From positions 544,001-608,000 of the forward strand of contig JBFWJC010000001.1 of assembly GCA_050253415.1 (NCBI GenBank): a stretch of 64,000 bases of DNA, in the 5' to 3' direction. The position numbers and the translations under genes were made by a program. The stretch's first letter is position 1, and the number at the start of each line of letters is the position of its first letter. The DNA is from Pedobacter sp. (GTDB lineage Bacteria > Desulfobacterota > Desulfuromonadia > Desulfuromonadales > Syntrophotaleaceae). This document shows positions 1 to 8,372 of the stretch, piece by piece. Under the pieces are notes generated by a model. It had not been told where the DNA came from. It ran no database searches and was given only the letters and a program-made list of their open reading frames with translations.

Positions 1-117
1 GGCTTTGTTGACTTCGAGGATGGTTTTGTCCTTCTGTATCAACATGACCGGTGCCGGGTAGTTGCCCCAGAAAAGGTGAAAGTTTTTGCGAATTTCCTCG
101 TTGATTTGGATGTTCAT
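1..117 (-). CDS. Partial CDS (5' end; runs off the window start), possible small PAS-like protein
   Basis: ATG at 117 with AGGAG RBS upstream; reads MNIQINEEIRKNFHLFWGNYPAPVMLIQKDKTILEVNKA, open to base 1. Confidence 0.6.
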   Translation of the reverse strand, partial: MNIQINEEIRKNFHLFWGNYPAPVMLIQKDKTILEVNKA

Positions 118-198
118 GTCTAATTCTCCTTGTGATTGTTATTTGCTTTGCGTTGGAATATCAAAACGCTACCTTGGCAATGAGGCTAATTTTACGTG

Positions 199-861
199 CT
201 AAACAAGCAGGTCTTCGTAAAATGCACCAATAGTATTCTCGGAATTGCGGATATGGACTTCTACGATCCAGATATTGGCTGAGGGGTGAAATGCGATTTC
301 GTGCAAAGGTCCCTCGTAGTGTTCAGCGCTGGAGTAGTCCCCCAAGCGATGACCGCCGAGATCGAGGTTCAGCTCCCACCCAAGATCCTTCGCCATTTTC
401 TGTGCGAAATCGTACAATTCGACACCGGTCGTTTTATGCATTTTCCACTTTGCCGCAACGGCTTCGAAAATCTTTTTGGCGTCAACCGCGCAACGTTTCA
501 TTTCCGGATTGCTCCCGGTGACAAATGTGTCGCCTGCGTCGCCTTCATACCCATCCCAGACGGGGGCGATATCAATGAAGAAGATATCATTCTCGCCTAA
601 ACGAACTCCCGGAACGGAATCAGCGCCAAAGGTGATGGTGGTGTTGCTGCCAAAACGGATGTAAGGCTAGTGAAAAGCTTTCTTTGCCCCCATGTCCAGC
701 AATGTTTCCACAACCATTTTGTTGGCATCCTCTTCGAGCATCCCAACCTTGACCTGGGCGGCGATCCGCTCAACCGCCTGCTGTGCCCTTGCTCTGATTT
801 CGAGCATTTTCTCCACTGAAAAGTCGCCCTTGGTCCTTTCAACTACCGCCTTCTCATGCAT
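199..861 (-). pseudogene. M24-family (pita-bread fold) metallopeptidase interrupted by a single in-frame TAG at 667-669
   Basis: ORFs 667..861 and 199..501 share a frame. Reading through the TAG gives KKAFH*PYIRFGSNT...LGENDIFFIDIAPVWDGYEGDAGDTF...GHRL...EVHIR...GAFYEDLL, with M24 metal ligands D, D, H, E, E. GGGGAG RBS upstream of 861. Confidence 0.8.
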
Positions 862-1013
862 AGTCAGAATCTCCCCTTTAAGTGGTTTGCCTCGTTCCTA
901 ATGCCATCGTCGATCGATTTGAAGGTTTTTCGGCAGTGAATGACGTCAGCCGGTCAGGTGTGAGGTATGCGAGTAGACTATTGTGTGAATATGGGGCAGG
1001 CAATACACCGCTT

Positions 1014-1044
1014 GTCAACGGTCAGTATAGGCAGGTGAACGGTA
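1014..1044 (-). promoter_or_regulatory. Putative LytTR binding site (direct repeat)
   Basis: Minus strand TACCGTTCAC-N11-GACCGTTGAC (21-bp period), typical of LytTR boxes; lies between the LytTR gene and the M24 gene. Confidence 0.6.
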
Positions 1045-1063
1045 ATTCGAGGGGTACAGGGGA

Positions 1064-1768
1064 TTATTTGAGTCTGACTCGGGTGAGAAATTCCCGAGTC
1101 CGTTGCCGGCTCACGGGGAGGAGGCGGTCACTGCCAACCATCTGGAGGCTGACCGTGTTACCGCTCCGCACCACCTTCTGCACCTTTTCAAGGTTGACCA
1201 GGTAACTTCGATGAATGCGGAAAAAGCGCTCTCGGCTCAGCCCCGCCTCCAACACGCCGAGGGACAGGTCGCAGAAGAACTCACCGTCAACGGTTAATAC
1301 CTGAGAATAGATGTTTTCCGCCTTGATAAAAACGATTTCCTCGGGGGCGATCAGTAGAATTTCGCCGCCGGCGCTGACAGGGACTTTGATGAAGCCATGT
1401 TGGGGGGTAGAGATTAACGCAGTGATATCATAGATCAGGCAGCAGTGGAGTGATTTTGCCAGCTTTTGGTCGAGGAGCGGTATCATCTTTAGCATCACAA
1501 AGATTTCGCGGGAGCCACTCATGCGTCTGACAGACATGGATGCCTGGCGGGAAGGGTCGAGTGCCATCGCCACCAACTCCTGTAGTTTCTCGCCGGCCGG
1601 CCCACGGTGCATTTCCAGCAGATTCTGTTCAAGGATTTGCTCGTGCGGCGTTTCGGCAAAGATACGCATCAATGCCCAGTTAATATGGCTCACCTGGAAA
1701 TTGTTGTCGAACAGAATTATCCCCGGTTCCGTGCGCTTCAGCAGGTTTTGTATGTTGTGTTGGTCCAT
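1064..1768 (-). CDS. PAS-domain / LytTR-family DNA-binding regulator (no receiver domain)
   Basis: C-terminal IVFIKAENIYS...LGVLEAGL...FFRIHRSYLVNL...LPVSR LytTR motifs; N-terminal PAS-like GIILFD...HIN. Confidence 0.9.
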   Translation of the reverse strand: MDQHNIQNLLKRTEPGIILFDNNFQVSHINWALMRIFAETPHEQILEQNLLEMHRGPAGEKLQELVAMALDPSRQASMSVRRMSGSREIFVMLKMIPLLDQKLAKSLHCCLIYDITALISTPQHGFIKVPVSAGGEILLIAPEEIVFIKAENIYSQVLTVDGEFFCDLSLGVLEAGLSRERFFRIHRSYLVNLEKVQKVVRSGNTVSLQMVGSDRLLPVSRQRTREFLTRVRLK

Positions 1769-1864
1769 GATGCCTCACAATTCGTGATATCTTGGAAGGT
1801 CCTTGAAATCACGCTGGAAAATTACTTTCGTAGTAAACTTAACAGAAACCGGCTGCGTTGGCCA

Positions 1865-1912
1865 GCGCATTGCCGACGTTTTGCCGTCTCCCCCGGTTTC
1901 CACGTAGTTATA
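1865..1912 (-). mobile_element. Tiny second remnant of a transposase C-terminus
   Basis: Translates YNYVETGGDGKTSAMR, similar to YNYLKVGADKKTPAKR in the adjacent 1988..2401 fragment. Confidence 0.35.
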
Positions 1913-1987
1913 CACCGCTCGGCATCTATCCATTCCTCGGAAGTTGTTCTGGATAGTGTTGCCTCCGAGCTTTAAGCCTTTCGGGGG

Positions 1988-2401
1988 TCACGTTATTAAC
2001 CCCCTATCTTCATTCGCAGTGTTATTGCTGAAGTTCACGATATCCCCAAGACGGATGTTGCTCTTTGCTAGGCCCAAACGCTTCGCAGGGGTTTTCTTAT
2101 CCGCACCTACCTTTAGGTAATTGTAGTTGACACGATAGATATCGAGAAGCATGGCAGCAATCTCGGGTTTGTAAGGATTTTTCTGATACCATTTTCGGCC
2201 TGTATTGCTGGATGAGCTGGGCGCTCTGGCCAGCAAGGAGATGCTGTTTCTGACCTGTGCAAAAAACCGGTCAATTCCATGCAGACTTGCTTTATCGAAG
2301 AGCGTTGCCAAGTGTTCTTCTTCGTAATCATTAAAGTCAGGTAGGTGGCAAACTTGTTTTTCCGGTTCCCTCTTGATGCGGTTCGGCACCTCAACCCACA
2401 T
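1988..2401 (-). mobile_element. Truncated transposase-like C-terminal fragment
   Basis: IDRFFAQVRNSISLLAR...YRVNYNY...KTPAKRLGL resembles DDE transposase C-termini (YN...TPA.RLGL); no N-terminus; abuts the cdiA fragment. Confidence 0.5.
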
Positions 2402-2404
2402 GCT

Positions 2405-2932
2405 CTGGCCTTTGCTTCAACCTCCTCCCGACCTTCCTCACTGAAAAATCTGTGATCCAGCGTTGCGTCCACGGAAGTGCTGACGCTGCCGCTGTAGAGA
2501 GTTTTATTCAGGGCTTCGGTATCACGGTTGAGGCGGTCCAGGTCATCGGAGTGCTCCAGATCTCCGATTTGCACATCGCCTTTTCCCAGGGTAGCCAAGA
2601 CCTTGGAGCTGGAATACCCCATGGCGTTACCCAGCGAAAGTGATGACGAATTTACTTTTGGAATCGAATCGGTGACGATTGGTCGGGGATCTTTGGCCGT
2701 TCCAAACCCTATGTTGGTGCCTATATTGAAATGAGTATTTGAGCTATAGGTAGAGTCGGTACTGTTGGCAAAGGTCAGGGTGCCGGTTTCAAGCGTTAAT
2801 TGTTCATTGTCGATAAAGGCACCTTTTCCGTCCATTTGTCCCGCAGCAAGTAATGCGCCTTTTATGTGGGTGTTGCCGCCGACTTCGACATGGACGTTCT
2901 CGCCTGTCAAGGACGTCAGTAGGGTCTGTTTG
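2405..2932 (-). pseudogene. Orphan cdiA/tpsA pre-toxin fragment (paralog of about 9305-9810 of the full gene)
   Basis: KQTLLTSLTGENVHVEVGGNTH...SVSTSVDATLDHRFFSEEGR matches the CdiA region; DNA near-identical between about 2454-2640 and 9333-9519; no own start, toxin tip missing. Confidence 0.9.
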
Positions 2933-2940
2933 CCAGTGTG

Positions 2941-2977
2941 TGGGGTTGGGGAGCAAGTTAACTTGCTCCGACTCCAA
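2941..2977. repeat. REP-like palindrome
   Basis: Perfect 20-bp palindrome GGAGCAAGTTAACTTGCTCC (2950-2969) with imperfect TGGGGTT/GACTCCA flanks. Confidence 0.55.
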
Positions 2978-2986
2978 TTGCCCACC

Positions 2987-3790
2987 TTACCATTTGGGAA
3001 TCTCATATTCCTTATCGTACAACAGCCCTTTTTGTTTCATCATGGGGGCGTTGAAGTGGATGATTTTTAGCGACCGCAACATAAACGCCAGGGACTGTTT
3101 AAACTCCTGCTCGACATCGGCTTGAGACTGTCGAATGCCGAATTTTTCGCCATCGATGACGGTCTCCTCGCTGGAACCCGGATGGTAGAAATAAAAAGCG
3201 CTGCTACGGAAAACCCGCGGGTTTTCCTGCAGGTCATAATAGGCACAATAGGTCTTATAAAACTTTGTGATTCCGCCGGGTAGCCAAGTGCCGCCTACGC
3301 CTCTTGAATAGCTCACGCTGGTGCATTTCATCCCATGCACATAATCAACCCAACATTTGCGGCCGAACGTACGGGTTTCCAGGTCGTTTTCGATCTGCCA
3401 TGCATTGGGCAGTTTTTTCTGGTCCTCTTCCAGTGATGCCAGGGCGGTTGGGTCAAGCATGGTTTCGCCCTTTGGGTTGCGGGACGGGTAGTCGAAAAAA
3501 TCAATATCCAGTTTTGAGTGTGACAAGAACTTTATTACGGATATGTTTGCCACTATATCATGTGCGTAATGATAAGAAAGATCGTATAAATGGGGTTCGC
3601 TAACGGCTTCGTCAACAGCAATAACCGCGTCCTGGAGGACGGTCCAGCCTTTTTGCTCGGGCAGTTGTATGGAAATGGACTTGTCGGCATTCAGGAGGAC
3701 TTCATGGGGGTTTCCTTCCCTGTAGAACGATTTGAGGCTGCAACCCACAACCAATGTCACGGCAAAAATGCCAACGAGGATATATCTCAT
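2987..3790 (-). CDS. Lipoprotein, putative immunity protein (family A, copy 1) for the upstream orphan toxin tip
   Basis: Start MRYILVG with GGAG RBS; lipobox LVVGC; ATGA overlap with stop of 3787..4341; paralog of 4961..5764. Confidence 0.75.
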   Translation of the reverse strand: MRYILVGIFAVTLVVGCSLKSFYREGNPHEVLLNADKSISIQLPEQKGWTVLQDAVIAVDEAVSEPHLYDLSYHYAHDIVANISVIKFLSHSKLDIDFFDYPSRNPKGETMLDPTALASLEEDQKKLPNAWQIENDLETRTFGRKCWVDYVHGMKCTSVSYSRGVGGTWLPGGITKFYKTYCAYYDLQENPRVFRSSAFYFYHPGSSEETVIDGEKFGIRQSQADVEQEFKQSLAFMLRSLKIIHFNAPMMKQKGLLYDKEYEIPKW

Positions 3791-4341
3791 GGTTTGTCTC
3801 CGCAAACCGCCGGGGGCTTGCATTCGTAGTTGCTGTGCGGGGAGCTGCTTGTCATAAGTTTGTAGAAATTAAAAAGATTGAAGCGATCGATGATGGAAGC
3901 TTGACCATCGAGGCCTTTATTTCCCCCCAGCCCTTCTCCTACAAAATCGTCTTCGTTGGTGAAGGTGGCTGAAAGTTTAATGCCTGCTTTCTTTAATGCT
4001 CTTTGCAGATCTACAACATTGACCGGCGAGCCATAGGCGCTGGCGGTGTGATCTTCAATTGCATACTCAGAGCTCGGCATCGCCCCGGTCTTTTGTAATT
4101 CGGCAATATATTTTGCTCCCGACGTAGCCAAAAGTGCCCCCTGAGAGTGAATGGCAGTATTTGCCCCCTCCTTTCCTCGTGCAGTTTTCACTTCCTCATT
4201 GAATAGGCCTGTTTGCTTTGCCATGCCGGTTGTTCCTCCAAGTTTATCAACGCCACATTCAAGAAGATTGGCAAAAACCCCGTAGGTTGGATTGTAATTG
4301 AGTGTGAATTCTGTGGGTTTGAATTGGCAATGGCCTGCCAA
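3787..4341 (-). pseudogene. Orphan CdiA-CT-like toxin tip, alpha/beta-hydrolase (lipase-like), N-terminally truncated
   Basis: YNPTYG..., nucleophile elbow AIHSQG, YGSP, NEDDFV (acid), SPHSNY (His); no signal peptide or clear RBS. Confidence 0.65.
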
Positions 4342-4402
4342 AGAGGATTATTTATGCCATTTTATATGCCTTGAAAGGATGCCTTATCTTTAGATATACA
4401 GG

Positions 4403-4870
4403 CTACTTAATCGTATTAAAGCAATTTTCATTGCCATAGAAATATGCTTTTGTATAGTTTGTTTCTGTATTGTGTCTAACGACAACAGATATCCCAGAAG
4501 TTTTATCCAATCTTTTAGAGTTTGGGTCATTGAAAACCCATACTTCATACCATACCGGTGGATCATGCTTTACAATTCTAAATTCCTTCAATGAATCTTT
4601 TTCAAACCCACAGTTAGAGCTAAAAGCTTCAAAAATAGTATCTTTAAACTGATCATGAAATGCGGATTCCCCAACAGTGCCAGCCCAAACAGGGAACTCC
4701 ATGCTGGTTTTGCCATCACCATGATCAGTAAATTTTGTTCTTATTGGAGAGTATTTGGCTTCTTGTTCTGCATTAATTTCTTCAACGTACTTTTTTAAAT
4801 CTGACGTGGTTGAGCAGCCAGATAGTGCAAAAACCGTGAGAAAGCTTGCAATAAATATCAATTTCCTCAT
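4403..4870 (-). CDS. Lipoprotein, putative immunity protein (family B, copy 2)
   Basis: AGGAGG RBS; lipobox LSGC; shares WAG..G, CG, LKE.R.V.H..P.WYEVW.F.D..S.R.DKTSG.SV with 7291..7725. Confidence 0.75.
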   Translation of the reverse strand: MRKLIFIASFLTVFALSGCSTTSDLKKYVEEINAEQEAKYSPIRTKFTDHGDGKTSMEFPVWAGTVGESAFHDQFKDTIFEAFSSNCGFEKDSLKEFRIVKHDPPVWYEVWVFNDPNSKRLDKTSGISVVVRHNTETNYTKAYFYGNENCFNTIK

Positions 4871-4960
4871 AACGCCTCCTATAACAAAAGCATGGTTATC
4901 AGGGCGGGGGGGCAGTCATGGTTTCGCCGGATTGCGCTCATGCTGAATGTCCGCTCAGAT

Positions 4961-5764
4961 TTACCATTTGGGAATCTCATAGTCCTTGTCGTACAACAGC
5001 CCCTTTTGTTTCATCATGGGGGAGTTGAAGTTTATGATTTTCAGCGACCGCAACATAAACGCCAGGGACTGTTTAAATTCACGCTCGACATCGGCTTGAG
5101 ACAGTCGAATGCCGAATTTTTCGCTATCGATGACAGTCTCCGCGCTGGAGCCCGGATGGTAAAAATAAAAGGCGCTGGCACTAAAAACCCGCGGTTTTGC
5201 CTGCAGGTCGTAATAGGCACAATAGGTATCATAAAATTTTACTTTCCCGCCGGGCAGCCAGGTGCCGCCCTCTCCTCGTGAAAAGCTCACGCTGGTGCAT
5301 TTCATCCCATGGACATAATCAACCCAATATTTGCGGCCGAACGTGCGGGTTTCCAGGTCGTTTTTTATCTGCCACGCATTGGGCAGTTTCTTCTGCTCCT
5401 CTTCCAGAGCCTCCAGGACACCCCTGTCAAGCATGGTTTCGCCGTCTGGTTTACGGGACGGATAATCGTAAAAATCAATACTTATTTTTGATTGCGACAG
5501 ATACCTAGTGATAGATATTCTGGCTATGATGTCCGGCGCATAGCGGTACGCAGGATCGTATAAATAGGGGCGGCTGGGGGCCTCTTCTTCGGCAATCACC
5601 GAATCCTGGAAGATCGTCCAGCTGTTTTGCTCGGGCAGCTGGATGGCGATGGACCGGTCGGAATTCAAAAGGACTTCTTGGGGTTTGCTGTCCCTGTAGA
5701 AATATCTGGTACTGCAACCGGCTACCAATGCCACGGCAAAAATGCCAACGAGGATATATCTCAT
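4961..5764 (-). CDS. Lipoprotein, putative immunity protein (family A, copy 2)
   Basis: Lipobox LVAGC; high identity to 2987..3790 over its full length (both end YEIPKW). Confidence 0.75.
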   Translation of the reverse strand: MRYILVGIFAVALVAGCSTRYFYRDSKPQEVLLNSDRSIAIQLPEQNSWTIFQDSVIAEEEAPSRPYLYDPAYRYAPDIIARISITRYLSQSKISIDFYDYPSRKPDGETMLDRGVLEALEEEQKKLPNAWQIKNDLETRTFGRKYWVDYVHGMKCTSVSFSRGEGGTWLPGGKVKFYDTYCAYYDLQAKPRVFSASAFYFYHPGSSAETVIDSEKFGIRLSQADVEREFKQSLAFMLRSLKIINFNSPMMKQKGLLYDKDYEIPKW

Positions 5765-5805
5765 GGTTTGTCTCCGCAAACCGCCGGGGGCTTGCACTCG
5801 TAGTT
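5761..5805 (-). pseudogene. Stub of toxin C-terminal tail (NYECKPPAVCGDKP*)
   Basis: About 45 bp nearly identical to 3787-3831; similarity stops abruptly upstream. Confidence 0.75.
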
Positions 5806-5855
5806 GTGCAAGCTTCTCTGTCGAACCGATATTTCCGATATCATCGCTGGATGGG

Positions 5856-6299
5856 TTATTCTACAAATTCTATAATTGCGCCAACCCTGTTTGCCTCGTT
5901 TCTGAGCGTGTCCGCGTATCGATCCGATAGTGAAACCACGCATAGCCTTATACCCTCCAATATGTTGTCCTCGTAGTGAGAAAAAGTATTGCTGATAAGG
6001 GCGGCTAGTTTTTGGCTGCTTTGGCAGTAGAGAGTAAAATCAGTGTGACCTTGTGAAATCGCGGTTGAAAAATTCTGATAAAATCCTTCATCATTACCGG
6101 TGTTTTTTATCGAGAGGGTCATGAGAGCGTCGCTCGCTATTCCATAGGACGGGATGATCATAACGAGGCCCAGCGCTTTACATGAACATTGCGTTGATTT
6201 TTCGATGACTCCATCAATGCGTAAGGTCGGTTCCGAGCATCCTTGTAGACATACGAACAGGAAGATGAAATAGCTGTACCGTTTGATATTATGTTTCAT
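5856..6299 (-). CDS. Lipoprotein, putative orphan immunity protein
   Basis: 147-aa ORF with lipobox LQGC; AT-rich; inside the array. Confidence 0.6.
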   Translation of the reverse strand: MKHNIKRYSYFIFLFVCLQGCSEPTLRIDGVIEKSTQCSCKALGLVMIIPSYGIASDALMTLSIKNTGNDEGFYQNFSTAISQGHTDFTLYCQSSQKLAALISNTFSHYEDNILEGIRLCVVSLSDRYADTLRNEANRVGAIIEFVE

Positions 6300-6399
6300 A
6301 TTATTTCCGCTTAAATAGTGTCACTTTGAGATTTGTGGATGTATCGGGGGGGCATGTACTGCTGTTTGATCAATTGGTGTAATTGTGAGTTGAAAATGC

Positions 6400-7206
6400 C
6401 TATTTTGGTTCGACATCAGATTTACTTTGTTTTGTTGTTAATGATTGATTTAATTTTTTTGTCCAAAAATCAACTTGTTTTTGGTCTTCTATTATTTTAT
6501 ACATTTTAATCAGTTCAATTATTGCTTGTTGGTTGCCAAAATTTGCTGATTTCGTGTACAAATGCATTGCTGCAGGGATATTAACGGGTACACCTTCGCC
6601 ATTTCGATACATTGCCCCTAAATCATAGAGAGCCGGGGGGTAATTTGCTCCCGCTGCTCTTGCAAACCAGTAAAATGCTTTTTTGTAATCCTTTTCAACC
6701 CCGTCACCATTAATATACATAAGACCTAAATAATGTTGGCCCTCAGAAGAATGACCTTCCGCTCCTTTTAAAATAATCGGGTATGCTTCAGAAAATTTCT
6801 GTTCACCTAAAAGTTTGCATGCCGTGTACATTCTAGAATCTATCTCTTTGTCAGACACGGAAAGCCCTGTTAGTAAAAGATCTTTAGAATTTATGTCTTT
6901 TTCCTTTTTAAACGTAGCTACAATTTTTCCACAATCTCTGCAGCCAGAGGAATAATCACCTTTAATCATCAAGCCGATATCAACAAAAGCATTAGGCATG
7001 TTGTAATAATATATATATGAAACATGATCAACGAAGTTCATATGACTTATTGCAGGGTCTCCCAATATGGATACAACATCCGAACGGGTGCTTTTGTTGG
7101 GTGTAAGCGTTTCTGTATTGGGTTTACTGCTGATGTACCCAGGATTCACAAGAGAGCATCCTGAGAGCGAAAAAAAAAGGAACGACAATACAACGAAAAT
7201 TTTCAT
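6400..7206 (-). CDS. Sel1-repeat lipoprotein with SmpA/BamE-like N-terminal segment, putative immunity protein
   Basis: GGGAG RBS before MKIFVV; lipobox LSGC; TRSDVVSILGDP; Sel1 repeats LGLMYINGDGVEKDYKKAFYWF and LGAMYRNGEGVPVN. Confidence 0.8.
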   Translation of the reverse strand: MKIFVVLSFLFFSLSGCSLVNPGYISSKPNTETLTPNKSTRSDVVSILGDPAISHMNFVDHVSYIYYYNMPNAFVDIGLMIKGDYSSGCRDCGKIVATFKKEKDINSKDLLLTGLSVSDKEIDSRMYTACKLLGEQKFSEAYPIILKGAEGHSSEGQHYLGLMYINGDGVEKDYKKAFYWFARAAGANYPPALYDLGAMYRNGEGVPVNIPAAMHLYTKSANFGNQQAIIELIKMYKIIEDQKQVDFWTKKLNQSLTTKQSKSDVEPK

Positions 7207-7290
7207 CACATCTCCCTGTAGATTTATATTTATTTCAGGAATCATGCGGGACACTCCACACAATATGGTGCGAAACGAGAATGCACAAAA

Positions 7291-7725
7291 TCATTCAACG
7301 AAAAAAACGTCCGTAGCGTTTTCTTCAGGGATATAACGCATGATAACTGATCTTCCCGATGTTTTATCGGGACGTATGGACTTTTCATCGCTAAAGATCC
7401 ATACTTCATACCAGATTGGCTTATTGTGACTTACGACTCTCACTTCTTTCAGGTCCGACTTTTTTAATCCACATTTTGTTTCAAAATAATTAAATATAAA
7501 ATCTTGATATTGCTTGTTCGCTACGGTAGTTCCTGGCTGCCCAGCCCAAACACCATAGTCTATGTTTCCGACCCCGCCTGGCTGCTTTGTATAGGCCACA
7601 CGCACAGGCCTCCCTGCCCTTTCCAGATCCTTGTTTTGAGTCGCGACAATAGCATCTATTTCATTTTTTAAGGCACAACCCGATAGAGTACAAAATAAAA
7701 TAAGAAAAATGACTATTTTTTTCAT
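7291..7725 (-). CDS. Lipoprotein, putative immunity protein (family B, copy 1)
   Basis: GGGAG RBS; lipobox LSGC; paralog of 4403..4870. Confidence 0.75.
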   Translation of the reverse strand: MKKIVIFLILFCTLSGCALKNEIDAIVATQNKDLERAGRPVRVAYTKQPGGVGNIDYGVWAGQPGTTVANKQYQDFIFNYFETKCGLKKSDLKEVRVVSHNKPIWYEVWIFSDEKSIRPDKTSGRSVIMRYIPEENATDVFFVE

Positions 7726-7838
7726 TGAAACTCCCTAAGATTTAGAGAAATCGCATGTGGAAAACAGCCGGATTGGACCGCGGGCTGGCTACCCATGGTT
7801 TTTGCTGACGAACCTACTGCTTTTTTAGCCCCACTTCT

Positions 7839-8372
7839 TCAACGGTGCACCTTGATCTGCCTACCTTCCAAGGTCCTAAATTCGGCTACAGCTTCATCCT
7901 CCCATGGCGCTCTTGTGATTTTTTTAATATCATCCCAATAATACATAAAATCAGCACCATCTTTTAAAGTATTGACATATATCTTCCCATAAACGACCAG
8001 AACCGTTGGGCCGTTATATATTTTTTCAAGCCGAACTCTTTGTATTTTCACATTGGCTCCACCCTTAATAACGCTTATATCACTGCTTTTTGTATAGCGG
8101 TTCACTTCTATTGATTTCGCAAAACTTTTACTGTTTAAATCCTCCAGAATATAGTAACTAATCAAATGCTCTTTAATTATACCAACATCCCTAAGCAAGA
8201 CATGGTCAGACTCAAAATAGCCCTCGAATAAATCACAGTCACTTACATCCATCTCATATTGCCTATTTGTGATAGAGCACCCACAAAGCACAATCGACAA
8301 GAACAAAATAAATAGTGATTTGTTAAAAATACCGGCGCACAAACGCCTAATATCATTTTTCAAGAAAATCAT
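7839..8372 (-). CDS. Lipoprotein, putative cognate immunity protein (CdiI-like)
   Basis: Overlaps the cdiA 3' end by 20 bp; lipobox VLCGC; AT-rich like the toxin tip. Confidence 0.7.
   Translation of the reverse strand: MIFLKNDIRRLCAGIFNKSLFILFLSIVLCGCSITNRQYEMDVSDCDLFEGYFESDHVLLRDVGIIKEHLISYYILEDLNSKSFAKSIEVNRYTKSSDISVIKGGANVKIQRVRLEKIYNGPTVLVVYGKIYVNTLKDGADFMYYWDDIKKITRAPWEDEAVAEFRTLEGRQIKVHR

Noticed and set aside
2113..3006. 297-aa ORF as an intact gene
   Set aside because: Chimeric: palindrome read-through, then a cdiA fragment, then out-of-frame transposase sequence
2987..8372. Integron cassette array explaining the small AT-rich genes
   Set aside because: No recurring attC structure in the spacers and no integrase; toxin-tail stubs and paralogy explain the array better
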